Shown: piece by piece, positions 26,850 to 41,800 of the stretch
Layout of the letters: every line of letters starts with the position of its first letter
How positions within the stretch are numbered: the stretch's first letter is position 1
Assembly: GCF_002113885.1 (NCBI RefSeq)
Contig: NW_018408898.1
Location: 167,290 to 231,289 of the forward strand
Source: Mizuhopecten yessoensis
Lineage: Eukaryota
Direction of reading: 5' to 3'
Length of the DNA stretch: 64,000 nucleotides
Translations under genes and position numbers: made by a program
Notes under the pieces: generated by a model
The model's input: only the letters and a program-made list of their open reading frames with translations
Told to the model about the DNA's origin: nothing
Database searches by the model: none

Positions 26850-29800
26850 AACATTTTTTATTTGTCATTTAACAAAAAGGATTAAGCACAAGTTAACTCA
26901 ACTTAGAAACGCCCTCTCCAATACATTTCATTATATTGATTACATGACAACAACAACAAATATATTTATAATATATATGAACAAAGAAGAAAGGAAGGGA
27001 AAAGGGAAGAAAAAGAAATTTAGAAGAATAAGAAAGAGAGATGATAGGATAATACTACTGACCTTAAAATCTGTTACTATTTTTAATGTAGGTTTGGACT
27101 ATATGGAAGATATTTTCATTGTCTTCATCTGACAAATTTGGAGAACCGTACATAATAACATTTAGAGAAATATTACAATAACGTGAGATATCATCAATCA
27201 AAATTTGTCTTTGTCTGATATACAGCATACAATCAAAAAAGTAATGGACTGCATTTTCACACTCATTTCCACATGCACACATTGGATCACCTACAATATT
27301 AACTCTATACAAATCATAATTTAAACTACTACATGAATGACGCAATCGTGTATGTAAAATATTTAGTTTTCGATTTCCTACATGAAAAAAAAAAGGCAAC
27401 AAGTAACCTTGGTTACGCTTAATCGATGATTTAAAAATGTTAACGGATGGCTGCTCTCTGACAGTATTTGGTAAATCGTTCCATAGTCTTATAGAAGAAG
27501 GAATAAAGGATTGGAATGAACTAGACAGACGGAAATTGGGAACAGTGTAGTTTTCAGTATTTCTCAAGTTGTAGCTATTGCGTTCGCATACTTTAGGAGG
27601 AAGAATGTTAGTTAAATAAGAAGGTGTTTGTTTATTATGGAGTTTGTACATTAGGGAAAGTTTCTTAAGTTTTCTTCTTTCAGATAGAGGTTCAAGTTGG
27701 GATTCTTGATAAAGTGATTGTTTACTAGAAAAAGAGGGTAGGCCAGTAATAATTCTTGCTGCTTCAAGCTGAACTTGTTCAAGTTTAGTTAGATCTGCCA
27801 GAGAACAACCGTCCCAAACTTCACAGGCATATTCCAACACAGGCAACACAAATACTTTATATATTCTTAACAAAGTTTTCCTACTCAACAGTAATTTAAA
27901 CTTTCGTAGTACTGATACCTTTTTCATGCATGTTTTTTGAATTTCGGAAATATGTAAAGACCATTTTGCATCTGCACTAAATATTACGCCTAAATGTTTA
28001 TGACTTTCAACACAATTCAGAGTCTCAGTACCAAAACAAATCTGTAAAGGAAGTATATTTCGCGAATTAGATATAAATAACACATCAGTTTTCTGTTGAT
28101 TAAATTTAGTAAGCCAGTCCCGTGACCATTTGTCAAGTTTTTCCAAATCTCTGTTTACACACATTTCAATATCAGCATGAGAAGACGAAGAATACATCAA
28201 AGAGGTATCATCAGCAAATAAGCGTGAAATACAATTTAAATTATCAACAATATCATTAATATAAACCAAAAATAACAGAGGACCTAACACACTTCCTTGT
28301 GGTACACCAGCATTTGTGTAACCTATATTAGAATACACACCTTTAACAAGAACCTGTTGTTGTCTGTTTGAAATGTAATTTTTAAACCAATGTAGTAAAC
28401 CATCTCTAATACCATAAGCATGTAATTTATGTAAAAGACCCCTATGCCAAACTCGGTCAAAAGCCTTCGATATATCACAAAAAATTAGACAAGTATGTTT
28501 TTTTTCTTCTAATGAACAACATATCTTATGGTAAATTTCTATTAGCTGATGGACAGTGGAATGATGAATCGTAAAACCAGATTGTTTTTCGTAAAATAAA
28601 GAATGATCAAGCGGTAATTTGACACCAAGTGTCTATCCCCCTTTTTGAACAGAGGTAAAATAATACCCTGTTTCCATATTTCAGGGAATATTTTAGAATT
28701 TAGTGACATATTAAAAAGAATTGACAATGGCTTACACATAGAATTATCATTAAGATTATCTATAATATCACCAACACTATTATAAAACATTTCTCTTGCA
28801 TATTTTTTCATATTATTAACCTTATTTCTTTGTCTTTAAAATTTATCTAAGTTGGATATGGACTTAACACGTTTAACGGCGTTATGTAACCGGTCTCGTA
28901 ACTGAAAAGCTTTTCTTAATTGGGAATTCATCCACAATTTATCACGAGGTCTTATATAAACTGTTTTTTTAGGTATACATTTTTTAGCAAGTTTCAAAAA
29001 TTGTTCAGTAAATTCAACACATGCTACATTAACAGAAATAAAGTTTTGAAAAAATGTAGGCCACTCAAAAGTATCTATTAAAAAATTTTAACCTATTAAA
29101 ATCAGCATGTCTATAGGCCCAAATTTCTCGAGTGTAGGTATACGTACAAGAGAGATTAACAAGTATAGACAAAAATGCAATACATGCATCATGATCACTT
29201 ATATTACGATCAATCGGAATTACATACGAATCAGTACATTTGGTAGGGTCAGTTAATAAAATAGGATCAAGTAAACTATTTCTGGTTGTTCCACGCCTAG
29301 TCGGCTCATTAATAACGTTAGTTAAGTCCATTTCCAACATGACTTGGTGTAAAATATGATTACGTGATAACGTTAGCATATCTACATTTATATCACCAAC
29401 AATAATAACATTCGAAGTAATTTCTAAAGCTTTTTCAATCGAATACTTAAAATTCTCCCAAAAAGGGTGACGTGAATTTTCTGGTCTATAAACGGTACAT
29501 ATTAATACACTATTGTGACCTAATTCTACCTGTATCCAAATTATTTCTCCATCCAGAAATTCGAGATCATTCCTCCGGACACATTTTAAGGAAACAGAAT
29601 AATATACTAAGATACCACCACCGGAGAAATTTCTGTCTTTTCTAAATGGTTCCACAAAACCCGGTAGAACTAGTTCAGAAGTAGGTACATACTCATCCAA
29701 ATGTGTTTCAGTCATACATAAAATATTGAATTCATTTGTAATATTTTCAATATATTCTAATTTATTCCTTATACTTCTAACATTCAAATGAAAAAGAGAT

Positions 29801-31530
29801 AATTTATTTACTGATGGACCTGGATTAGTTTCTACATCCATGTCCAATATAAGTAATAACAACAAAATATGGCAAAAAAATATGTTTTGAAACTGTGACT
29901 GTAAGCACATCAACATGAAAGATGCTACGCTTGCTTTAACACTAGATATAAAAAGAGTTTTGTAAAATATGTGATCACATTCGATATATAATCAGTATTT
30001 ATGTGTATTACACTACGTATTTTTTTTAAAACATGATCCTCCATAAGCTATATTATAGAAGCAACCGATTGAAATCCTGTGCGATATTGCTGACATATCA
30101 CCGATTAACCATTATCAAAAACAACATATTGCACAGGATTCCCCCCGGGAGCGTCTAAAGAAAACATATACATGTAACACCTGTCAAAGAAAAGAACTTC
30201 TTTGTATGTACGCATGAATGACTGCACGTGCCAAGTAGTCGATCTAAGGTCAAGATAGGGTAAACAGAGAGAAAGTTGACAGGGGAGATAACAGAGAAGT
30301 AGTAGAAAGAAGAATTTAAAGAGTAAACATGGCTGATGATTCAGCAGCGGTTTCATGGTTTTAGCAATACAAAAATACGAAAAAAATGGGATTTATCAAT
30401 GACGATATGTATTATTGTACAATATTCACATTACCAGTGTCGATGTGTTCATTATTCGCATGCAACTTATCAACTAGAACAAACATGAAACACACACATA
30501 CATGTATATATAACAACGTATTTACAACCCCTAATATTGAAAGGCTCATGCATGAATGTGAAGAAACACCAATAATTCATTTTACAAATACACACGCACG
30601 TACACCTATTTATACATACACTGTATAAGTTATTTATTTTCAAGTCTGATTTGCCTTTAAGTAAGGAGTAAGTACATGGACATACACGAATATACACATA
30701 CATATATATATATATACAAACATGCTTGCATACATACATACATACATAGATACATACATATATATACACGCCCATACATACATACATACATAAGCAGCAT
30801 GCATGTAATATTTAATTTGCTATGCATACAAGTAAACGTTCACATATATTATATTATATATAGTATTTAAATACTCGTGCATGTATATGAAATTAAATGA
30901 AATTAAATATCTCACCCTAACATACACAGAGTATATACACATACACTTATGGTTATACACAGGCTTATATATGTATGTAATCCACACATAAACACACGTA
31001 CAAAATATACTCACACGCGTGTACCTATTTATACATATTTAAATACATACATTAGTAGCATGCATGTAATATTTATTATGCCAACCATGGATGGACATGT
31101 TTTTTTGTATGATATATGTATAACTATTTTAATGAACTGACATTATGTACAGAATGTCAAGTCATTTTTGGCTGTGTTTACTGTGTAAATATGACAGTCA
31201 CTCAATGGCCCTCTGGTACAAGGTCCGATATGTCATTGTGTGTCTTGACGAGTATTTTGGGCGAGTCTTGTGCAACTTTATAGAAGACACGTCCATCGTT
31301 TGTCCAGTAAGAGTATTTTTTTTGCTTTTCTGGCCTTGCCTAGACTTTTGATTAATGTCTGACGATTAGCTGTTAAGTCCTCTGATATAAAAATGTTTTG
31401 CCTGGATTCTTTCAATTTACTTTTTGCCTGAAAAATTAAATTTTTGACCTTCCAGTTCCGCAGGCGACAAATGATCTGAGCTTTACCATTCCTCACTTTA
31501 CCTATAACATGTGACCTATTAATGTCTTTC
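26850..31530 (-). mobile_element. CR1-clade LINE, internally deleted and frameshifted (ORF1 C-terminal part, ORF2 endonuclease plus RT)
   Basis: RT GVPQGSVLGPLLFLVYIND..LFADD (27064-28338); endonuclease DVETNPGP, HLNVRSI, CMTETHL, IVGDIN, SDHDA (29065-29916); ORF1 IFISEDLT (31278-31496); fusion/deletion near 28745. Confidence 0.92.
30670..31070. repeat. TA/TACA microsatellite-rich tract between CR1 ORF1 and ORF2
   Basis: catacatacata and tatata arrays with a duplicated sub-block (agcatgcatgtaatattt). Confidence 0.75.
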
Positions 31531-31564
31531 GATCCATGTGCGAGTGACGAGTTGTTTCTAAAAT

Positions 31565-31940
31565 ATCAGTTTGAAGTGCGCTCCGGGCGCTATTTCCCGC
31601 ATATTATAGAGGGCCGGAGTTCTGACGTTACTCGACGACAGATCTAGACCGATATGAAAAAAGTTGATAAAACGTCAGAATAATTCGGACTACTCCCATC
31701 TTAGCTTTATTATAATTCAAACTTATTATTTATTTCCCTGATACTTATATATTATTGTAAAACATTTGGTTTCTTTAAGCTCCTAATCAATCAAATTATT
31801 ATTATTATTTCAAGCACGGACTTATATATAATTAGATCTTATCTAATTCCGTGTTTCATGCAAGTCTGGTAAGATATTGTGTGATTCCGGTTCGGTTGCC
31901 GCATCAAATTTTATAAGTAATGTGCAGTTTCCGGCTGTCA
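31565..31940 (+). promoter_or_regulatory. Candidate TERT promoter / first non-coding exon
   Basis: CpG-containing patch with TTTGAA (31570), E2F-like TTTCCCGC (31593-31600), two TTCCGG ETS-like cores (about 31885 and 31929) and a donor-like ctg|gtaaga near 31868. The coding exon 1 region has an acceptor at 33551, implying an upstream exon. Confidence 0.3.
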
Positions 31941-32142
31941 TCGACATCGGATTTTGAGAGTGGGTCTAGGTGTTCATCATTAACATGTTAACATACAAAC
32001 ATTTAAGTGGCAAAGTTAGTCATTTAATATATCTTAAGATTAATGCAATTGAGTTAAGAAACTGTCACAGGGTTAATAGCACAGAGTCAAAAATTTGGTC
32101 ACAGCACACTTGTAACATACACAGATAAACAAACCGTCAAAC

Positions 32143-32293
32143 GTTCGTTACAAATGTCTGAAATACTCATATGCAGCAATGATGCTATACTGATATGGGT
32201 CACATCACACATAAACAGTTGTTTGTTTATTTGTGCTGTAACCCATTTCAGTGCATAGCATATATATGTGTATTTCAGACAATTGTAACGAAC
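32143..32293. repeat. Imperfect palindrome (MITE remnant)
   Basis: gttcgttacaaatgtctgaaatac ... gtatttcagacaattgtaacgaac. Confidence 0.7.
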
Positions 32294-33667
32294 CCCTGTG
32301 CTCTAGCCTAACATTGTTGGAACTTCGAGTGCCGAGAGCGTATGATATGAATATGAAAGTTTTATTTTAATTCGGTATAGTTACAAACTACAAACATAAG
32401 CTCTAATGAGCTTTTAACCGAATAGAATAACAAGACAACACCCAGCTCATCCCTATTTAGAGAGAGATATTTTAAATCAAATCTCCGGGAAAAAACTTGT
32501 TTTGCATTTCTGTTATAAAGCTCTTATATATAAGTACTGGACCGAAATATGTTATTAACTATAAAAACTTGTCACCAACAAATATGTGCATACCATAAAG
32601 TATCGATGACAACAAAATTTAGGACAGTCTCACAAGTGGAAGGAAGAACAGTGCGATTATATACTTGTTGTGTTTCGTTATTTCCCTTATACTGATACAA
32701 AAGCAATCAGGGGCCAATAAAATTGAATAAATGCACACAAGTTCATGTTCACGAATTGATTCTAGTAGGTGTTTGTTGCCAGAAATTAAACATACAGTAA
32801 TTTAGATAATCATTTATTGCAATTAGTATTGTGTAAGTCATCTCAAGTTGTAAACACAAAGTTTGGTAAACCAGGGGGAGTGCATAGGTATCCTAGTGGA
32901 AAAATATGTCGCATCTTCTGCCATTTAATTGTGGCCACAAAATTACCTATAGACATGGAAGAAATTGCTTAAGAGTGATATGTAGTATGTGAAAATTATA
33001 CAAGAGACACCCATTTACGTACCAACATTTTTATTTTTGAACCACACTCATTCAAATCACAATGTTACTGTAATATAATTACTTATTGATGAACATCTGT
33101 TCTCTATATATGGAACTGTGCAGCTATCTGTAATGGACTCGCAAAAAATACTCAGAAATCATGTTATTAATATGTTTAACCAACTATATGTACTATTGTA
33201 ACTTTTATAATTGAGCTGACAGCAGAGGAAATTGTACAATTTCCTACAGTCAGAGTAAATCTGTGTGTGTGTAAAGTTAAATTTTGTGTGTATGTAAACA
33301 TACATGTTACCATGATGCCATTCTCTGCTAAACACACACCTGCTGTCTCATATGTAACTCATATCCTGTGGATGAATGTTACATTCTTTTTCCATCAACA
33401 AAAAATAACGACATTTATCTTACAGATTAAAATTCCAATAATTTCACAATTTTATTTCAAGAATTTTACACTTGATAGTTGTTTGTTGACTGGCACTGTT
33501 GTAACATAATCAAAACAATACTATTCATGTACATAATCATTCTTTATGCAGGCACCTGTCCTTACCATGAAGAAATGTTCTCATGGATGGCATGAGGGTT
33601 TGATGAAATAATTCAACCACAGACTGCAGTCGAAAGAAAGTGAAATATTCTCCATATAAACTGAAGA

Positions 33668-36600
33668 ATGAACATAATAAAGACCCTTTACCATGAAGTC
33701 TACACTCTCCGAGACTGGTTTGATAATTATCTTATCGAGTCCTTTAATGCCAACATCTGGCAGGCTGGTGACTCGGACAGGTAAGTTGCCAGGGGGATTG
33801 AACATCTTCTAATAGTCTGATTGAACCTTTGATAAATGTATATTTGGAGAAAAAAGAGAACTTCATAATTATTGCAGTCATTGGTTTTTTTCGTTATTAT
33901 TTTTCGTTATTAACAAAATGAAATCCTTATTTGCATAAATAAAATAAACCCCTTTTGCTATATTTGCGAAAGCCTTTTGCCCTGGATAAATCACTAGGCC
34001 TAAATATTATGCATCTGCGTTGTCTTATAACATCAATATCGACAGAAAATGAACAAAAGTAGCATATCAACCAGAATGTGACTTTTGATTCAGTCAGCAA
34101 AACGCTTGAGTTACTAGTACGAATAACCCTTTCCGATGCAAACATATGTGACCGAGACAATCGAAGCGCTTAAAACCGAAAGTGGAAGTTGAATGGTTTC
34201 ATCCGTCATTCCAAAGGAACAACTTTATTTAAATGATATTTTATCTCATATTTGCACTGTAGACAAGACACGTGATGAAATGACCACTTATAAACAAGTT
34301 ATTGAGTTGTTGCAATTTAGGACTATCATGATTATACTTGTCCCGATCTTAATCGTATTAAAACAACATTATGAATGTTCCTGATTGTAACGTCCGGACG
34401 AATATAAAATATAAATATTGTGTCATGCACCATCCGCTGGAGCTCCTCTTGTCACATGAATTAAAAGATCATAATATATTGACATTGGCGATTTTTAAAA
34501 GAAGACCATTCTCAACTCATTTCAACCTGTTCCATCAATAATTAGATACTATTTCATTTATTGGAAATGGCAATTATTTACTCCTGTTACAGTGAAAAAT
34601 ATGTGTTTGTTAAATAGTTCTACTAGCCAAATAATTTGTTTCCTTCATTGTACTAACGACTAAAGATAAAAAAAAAAAAAGGAACACTGTCAAGGAGAAC
34701 GTAAAGTTTGTGGTGAAAAAGAGGATTTTATTTATTTTTATTTTTACTTGTCAGTTTTTATTTCATTTTTTGATGAAAATTAAAAATATATAATCATGTG
34801 CATTAATACATAATTTTATTTGACCATTGATTTTGGTTAACTCGGACATAATTAAAACACTTAGAGAAGGTATGAAAATTTGAGAATTGGAATTTGAAAC
34901 TGTTTTCATTGAATACAATATTCATGTGACATTTTGCTCACTTCCTTATGTCTGATTCTTATATACATGTAGCTGTACACTACGATACATTGACTGACTG
35001 TCCTTAATTTAGTCAGAATTTAGTCAAAAGCCATTACATAGAGGTGTCCAGTTTCACTATTTATTTATTTTATTTACTAATGCTGAAAATAGAATGACAT
35101 TCCTTTAAAACATTTTAATTCAACATTTTGACTATCATGTAAAAGACAACTTAATTTAAATATCAAACTGCTATTGTAACGTCTATTTTGGACATCCAAA
35201 CCAATAAGTAAAAGTTGCTAAAACCAATCACTATTTGCTAAAATAAAAAAGGTGCAATATTTTTTGGTCTAGAGTGAGCACAGGATCACTTGATTTGTTT
35301 TGTGTAACATCAGTTGTAATAAAATAATGTTATCAGCTTGTATTTGAGCACTATCATAGTCTTTCTAGTGGTTTCACAATTTATAACTCAAGTGGATAGA
35401 ATTAGCGCACCTGTGAAAAACAACAGACACAAATTGATTTGCTTTCTACAACACTGGCTTTAATAGAATTGTTATCAGCTATATAAAGCTGGATGATTTG
35501 AGAAATACTTCAATCTGTAGTGGCATCACAATCTATAACTCTAGTGAAGAGAACTAAAACACATGTGAAAAACAATAAATTCAAATTTAGCAATCATAGT
35601 AAATTGCATCAGGCAGTGATGTAAGGGAGATAATCCTTAATTATATGTGTAAATGTTTCCAATCAAAACATGACCTGTGCTATTTATTACAGTTTTACAA
35701 GATTCCTTGACACAACAATGGTGGCAATACCTCGGGGAGCCAAGCGTTTATCAGTCACACCAACCCTCAGTCAGAACTCTCACCAAAGGGAGATAATCAT
35801 GAGAGTCATAGAGGTATGTCTTTTACTGAATATACTGTCTTCTGATAAAAAGTACATGTGTGCAATGAATTTGAGCAAAGATCGCGAATAGAAACAAACA
35901 TACACATGAGTGGTAAAAATGTTTCATGGTGTGAATCTTGGATGATGTCATTTTGGACATTATGGACCTATTGTAAACTTTTCCTAGATTTTTGTGGGTA
36001 TACTGCCCTCATAAACCGTAGATCAGCCATTACAGCTTCAAAAGTTCTATCCAACCTAGTCTTTTATCTGAAACAAAGCCAGAATACTATTATTAGAGTA
36101 GGCCATTCATTGTACAAATCAGATTTCCCATATATCACTAGTACTGCTTGTATGTGTATTCAGAGACTCAACAGGAGGGAAGGAAGTGGCCAGAATGTCC
36201 TTTCACTGGGTTTTGGACAGGTAAGTATTTCATTCCTTTTCTAATTGATGTAGCTCTACATGGCTAGAATTTGCATATGCTATTCAGTTCAGCTTGATAT
36301 AAAATTAAGTGTATGGTGTTCATGCCCATGCATATTATTACTATGTATCTGTCAAAATTTTATAATCAAATTAAGAGAAGGAACCCTTATGTCAATGAAA
36401 CTCTTATATTGCATAATCAGCTCTTCAAAGCGTTTGAATTGCATAAATTCTAGTGTTTATATTGAAAACAGAGCTCAAACATATATAGATATAAATGTAC
36501 ATGTAAGTGGTGAGCATAGAGACTGATAGCTGGACAAGTTACTGTACATACACAAAGTCTAGCTGTGATGCATTAAGGATCCCTGTACCGCTACCAAAAA

Positions 36601-38862
36601 CTGTAACTTGGTGTTGGAAACTGTTTTCCTGGCATGATTATAGCTTTGATAAGTCATTTATGAAAGAAAAACCATACCTTGCGGGACTTTTATGAGAAAT
36701 AATAAAGATGGAAAAAAATAAAAATATAATGAACATTATTGTTATGAGTGGAAAAATGATCACTCTGACCAATTGAGCTACCTGGTCAACAGAAGTGTTC
36801 TTGCCCAACTGTGCTACAGTTATATCCAAACGAAAATTAACGGGAGGTTACTGTTTACTTTACACATTGCAGTGGGACAGGGACCCTTAAGGAGGAAAAC
36901 ACACACTTTATTGTTCAGATAAACTATCTATTCGCCACTGTATTGTCGACAGTTATTTACCTCAGATTCATAAGATATTTAATTTGCTTATACATAATGA
37001 AGTATTTAAGGTTTTTTTATCCACTATATTTTCCTTGTGCCCACTATAAAAACAATTTAATGATTCTTCAATACCCAATCACCCTTAGGGGGTTTCACAG
37101 ATCCCAAACCCCATATACATTCTGCATAGACTTGTGATACATAATACATATATACAGATCGTGGAGTTGGGGATATGTGACACACTAGTACTCCTGTGCC
37201 ATCACCCATATCATCATAATTGTAAGTGCATCTCTGATGCATCTCTGATGCATCTCTGAACCCCATATATTTTTATCTGGAATTGCCTAAAGTTAAATGA
37301 TACTTTTGTCTACATTGTAATGTAGTGTTTCTTGTTAACAGGTGTCTGATGACCCAGATGCGTACATGTCCAATGTTGCTAGAGTGGAGTATCGCCATCC
37401 AAACAGTGCAGTCAACAGACTTCACTTCCCCGAGTGGAAGAAAGTCTTGTCAAGGTAGGCTGTCATACCTGGGTATAAGAAAATCATGGGATTGCTTTGA
37501 GACAAAGATCATCTTATAGTATTACAATCATTCTGCAGCTGTTTGTGCTTTTACATTTAATGTAGGAATGTTGATGTAGATAACATTAAGAGGAACATAC
37601 ACAACAAAGTCATTGATGTCAAATATATACAAATCCTCAGATGGTTTTTTTAATAACTGAGATGCTGAGGATCTTGATATTTTTCCAGTATCATGCTCAA
37701 GTGAATATCTTCACATTCCTCTAACAGAACAGCATGCCTTAAAGTATGCTGTCGTTAGTATGAAGGCCTGCAACTCCACTTTCAAGATCATAAGGATCAA
37801 ATGAATCATTTTGGACGAGTTGATAAGTGCTGTCACATCAGTTGTATTTAATATTTGCTGACAACATGTTTGGTATACCCTGCAGCATCTGTTCATTAAC
37901 TTTTCCTTCTTGTCACTCTCGCTTAACAAATATTTGTTTAAAATATATCTCGAAAGAATTTCTGTCACTTAGTTTTAGAAAAATTATGGAGCTTTAATTT
38001 TTTATACCAAAGTTTGTATACAGTTTAAATTCCTTGTTATTTTAACTGTATTCACCATCCTTTCTATGTTTATGTATGTTAGGGAGGCAGAGTATAACAT
38101 ACATAATTCAGGTTTTTGTCCAGAAGGAAGAGTTATTCCCCTTATGTGCAGAGTTATCGCCCTTCCTTTTTAATTCCCTGTTATTCCCCCACTCTTTTTT
38201 TTGTTGCTGCATGGTTCTATTCATGTTTACACGCATCATGGCACGTTCAGGGCCTTCAATTTTTATCAGGGCATATTCCAGGAGTGTAGACAAGAAATGT
38301 GTATTGAAAGCGGAACATCTGGATTTTGAAGATGATATTTTTCAGACATTCACAAAACTTATTGTCCTTACTTAGTTTGGGAATGCACAAAGTCACATTC
38401 TCAGATCAGGTCTTGTGTCCACTGTGTGCAAAATTGTGGCTCTGTGTTTATTACTTCATATGGGTCTTATTTTATTCAAACACAAGTTTTCAAATAGTCC
38501 GTTGATTTAATTACATATGTCAACATATTCATTTTAAAACAATTCTTTATGAAATGTTTTGGTAGCTGTGTGTTGGCAAACTCAGATTGATTCTTGATGT
38601 TTTCATTTAGTTCAAAGTTCAAGTAAGCATGCTAATTTTTTATGAATTTAGGAAATAACCATGTCTTTTGTGGATATTCATTGGATGCCACTGGGATAGA
38701 AACATACAGCTTTAGTAAGATTCACTTTGATTAATTATAATGGAAGTAAAAATTGATAAGAAATGTGTCCTTACAGGATTGGGGATACAATGATGGAATA
38801 TCTTTTGGAGACTACTTCTATCTTCACGTTTGTACCACCATCTAACTATGTCCAGTTAACAG
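33668..38862 (+). CDS. TERT: TERT exons 1-5: TEN (GQ) domain
   Basis: Spliced translation MNIIKTLYHEVYTLRDW..GDSDSFTRFLDTTMVAIP..QREIIMRVIERL..QNVLSLGFGQ..PNSAVNRLHFPEWKKVLSRIGDTMMEYLLETTSIFTFVPPSNYVQLTG parallels the known TERT N-terminus. Confidence 0.9.
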
Positions 38863-41800
38863 GTAATTACTTGATGAAACAGGTTTCGATATTAATAACA
38901 ATCCAGGATGTACATTATTTGGGACAGGGGCAATTTATATCAGTCAGCATCCTCAAAATCCAAGGCTTGCATTTGCAATTAATGCACATACATGTATCAT
39001 CTCTGCCTCCTTGGAAAATGACATAACAAAATCAAAGGCGTTCTGAAAGCTATTTGATTGGTTTCAGGTAACAAGCTGACCAATTGCTAGCTAGGCTGAT
39101 ACCTGTAGGTAACAAACTGACCAATTGCTAGCTAGGCTGATACCTGTCATGTGAAGGTAAAGGATCCCAGAGGAGCTACAGCCAACTTCAGAGCCTGTCA
39201 AGTTAACTGTTACACGGCTGCTGATCCCTTTGTTCTTCATCAAAGACATCAGATCAAGTCAGCTTTTATTATCCTCACATAGAGCCTTTAATTTTGTGGT
39301 GAAATATTTGAAGGATGTAGAGAAGATAATGTATATTGAAAGCAAAACCTTCAGAGTTTGAATGATCAATTGGGGCTGTTTCTAGAATTTCTCTGTTATG
39401 TATGTGTACAGTATTACCTATCGGTCATTTTCATTAATATTAACTTGTGTATTCAATATATTAGAAAATTCACTATGACAGACAGGAAGTTGAACAGGAA
39501 AACTAGAGGTGGGCAGTGTGTTTATTTACGCTAAATTGAGCTGACATGGCCAAAAATGTCATCTGGCAAACAATATTTTGGAATGATATTTTAAAAACTC
39601 TCTTGATTTCCTGAATATTTTTTTCTTAAAATCCACAAGGTGTAGAGTCATGGTAATGTTTTAATGGTAAAATGCTTGGGTTAAGACTATACCAAGTTTC
39701 ATCAGATAAATGATCACCACAACCAATTTTCAAGGTAAAGAGTCAAATATGTTAAAAATATCAAAGGACTTCTTTTGGTGAACTACGAGACTAAGATTCA
39801 ATATATTTGGTATTTGCTTATTTGTTGAAGACAGTGGTACCATTGCTATTCCCTTGAGATAAAAGCCAATCAATTTTCTTGCCTCCAGTAAATTTGTGTC
39901 ATTCACAAGATGGTGTGTATAGAGGGACTTTGATTCTATCACGAGAAAGTCCATGGATGCAGAAAAAAAAATGTATATCTTAGCGAACAACGACTGAAGT
40001 CATGACTATAGTAAAAAAAAAGGTGTAGCTTTTAACATATTTTAGTTGAATATTTTTAATACACTTTTACTTCCTGGCCTTTAATGATCACTTAGAGACA
40101 TTTGTTTCAGGTAGACCTGTTTTTGAGCTGTGGAAACCTAGCCTCTCGGTCAAGTGTCCTCAAAAAGTTCTCTCTGTAAAAAGATCCAAGAGAAAACACT
40201 GTGCACCTTTAGTCAAACATTTGAGTATGGAAACCGATTCCACTCAAACACTCAAATCCTGCATTGCAAAGGACTTGGAGGATCTGAAAGCCAAGGCAAA
40301 GACCTATGCCAGGGATCAAGGGTTCCCAAAAGATTTTCCCCGAAGAAAGAAGCAGAATCACCAGAAAAATGAGGCCATGGATTCAACCAGTGATGTAAAA
40401 GATAGAGAGGAGAAATGTTTGGAGGAGAATAAAATAGAACGGGGAGCAAATGCTACAAGTCAAGTGTTCAAACAAGATGATTTTGATATGAAGCAGGAGG
40501 GTTATGGAAATTGGGATGGTGATTTTGATGGAAAGCAGGTGGTTGATTTTGATGTCAATGAAGAAGATGATGGAAACCAGGAGGAAGATTTTAATGAAAA
40601 CAAAGAGTGTGATAATGAAAGATGGCTCAGGCCTAAAGTCAGCAAGAAAGATAAAAGAAAAAGACAACGGCAGCAGAGTAGGGAAAAAAAGGCTTATGCT
40701 TGGATGCAGAAGATTCAAAGTGGAGAACAGGAAGCTGGTGGCAGTCAGGGTCAAATAAGGAATTCATTTGGCGGCTCAAAAAAAGAACGGCGGAAGATGC
40801 AGAGGTTTGAAAGGAGACTGGCAAAAAGTACCGGTTTGGCGGAGGATTATGCTACACGTTGGGGTATCAGTGACAGCAGCTACAGTCAGCAGGACAATGA
40901 GGGCCAACATGACGGTGAAGCTTCTAGTTCTAGATGGAAGAGGCAGAAACAAACAGCAACAAACGAAGAATATAAAACTTCATCCAGTTTACCCACTGTC
41001 CAGCCATCATTTGAAGGAAGGCCTCGGTGGAGACACCCTTACACTGCAGAACCGTCACAACAGTTTGCTTCATCTAGGCCTCAATCGCATCAGTTTAGTT
41101 CGTCTAGGTTTCAGTGGAGAAATCCTAATGCTTCAGAACCATCACAACAGTTTGGTTCCCCTAGGCCTCAATTGGGAAATCCAAATGCTTCAGAACCACC
41201 CCAACAGTTTCACTCATCTGGGCCTCAATGGAGAAATCCAAATGCTTCAGAACCACCCCAACAGTTTCACTCGCCTAGGCCTCAATGGAGAAATCCAAAT
41301 GCTTCAGAACCACCCCAACAGTTTGGTTCATCAAAGTCTCAGGTTTCATTTGAAGGAGTATCTCACTGGAGACAACCTACCACATTAGAATCATCACAGC
41401 AAAGAGATCATACTAGAGGTAAATTTTATAAACAAATTACTGTATAATTGGATTTTTTTTGTCACAATTTAACTTTGCCTTTCTTGTTTTTTATAATGGG
41501 GTGAATTAATTCTGACAGCAGTTATAAGTATACATACAGATGTACATACACAGTTGTCCTGTATAGCAATCTACTAAAGTTCATGTGAAGGGCTTAACAA
41601 TTAACATGGGACAAATATGGATTTTACAGGTGATGGGTAGAAACAACAGAATCTTTCCTTACTGTGAGGTTGTGCAGAGAAATTTCTAACACAGGGGGGG
41701 GGGGGGGAGAATTTTTAATATTGTTACTTTCCCATTTTTTGTAACAGATATACGAACATGTGAAGATATTACTTTTAGTATCGACCAATCAGAACAGTTC

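Noticed and set aside
34193-34384. 63-aa ORF as the first TERT exon
   Set aside because: No TERT similarity. Exon 33668-33780 fits the TEN N-terminus and the phase of exon 2.
40221-41447. 408-aa ORF as an independent nested gene
   Set aside because: It starts at TTG, is in frame with the spliced GQ motif and has phase-compatible splice sites, so it is best explained as TERT exon 6.
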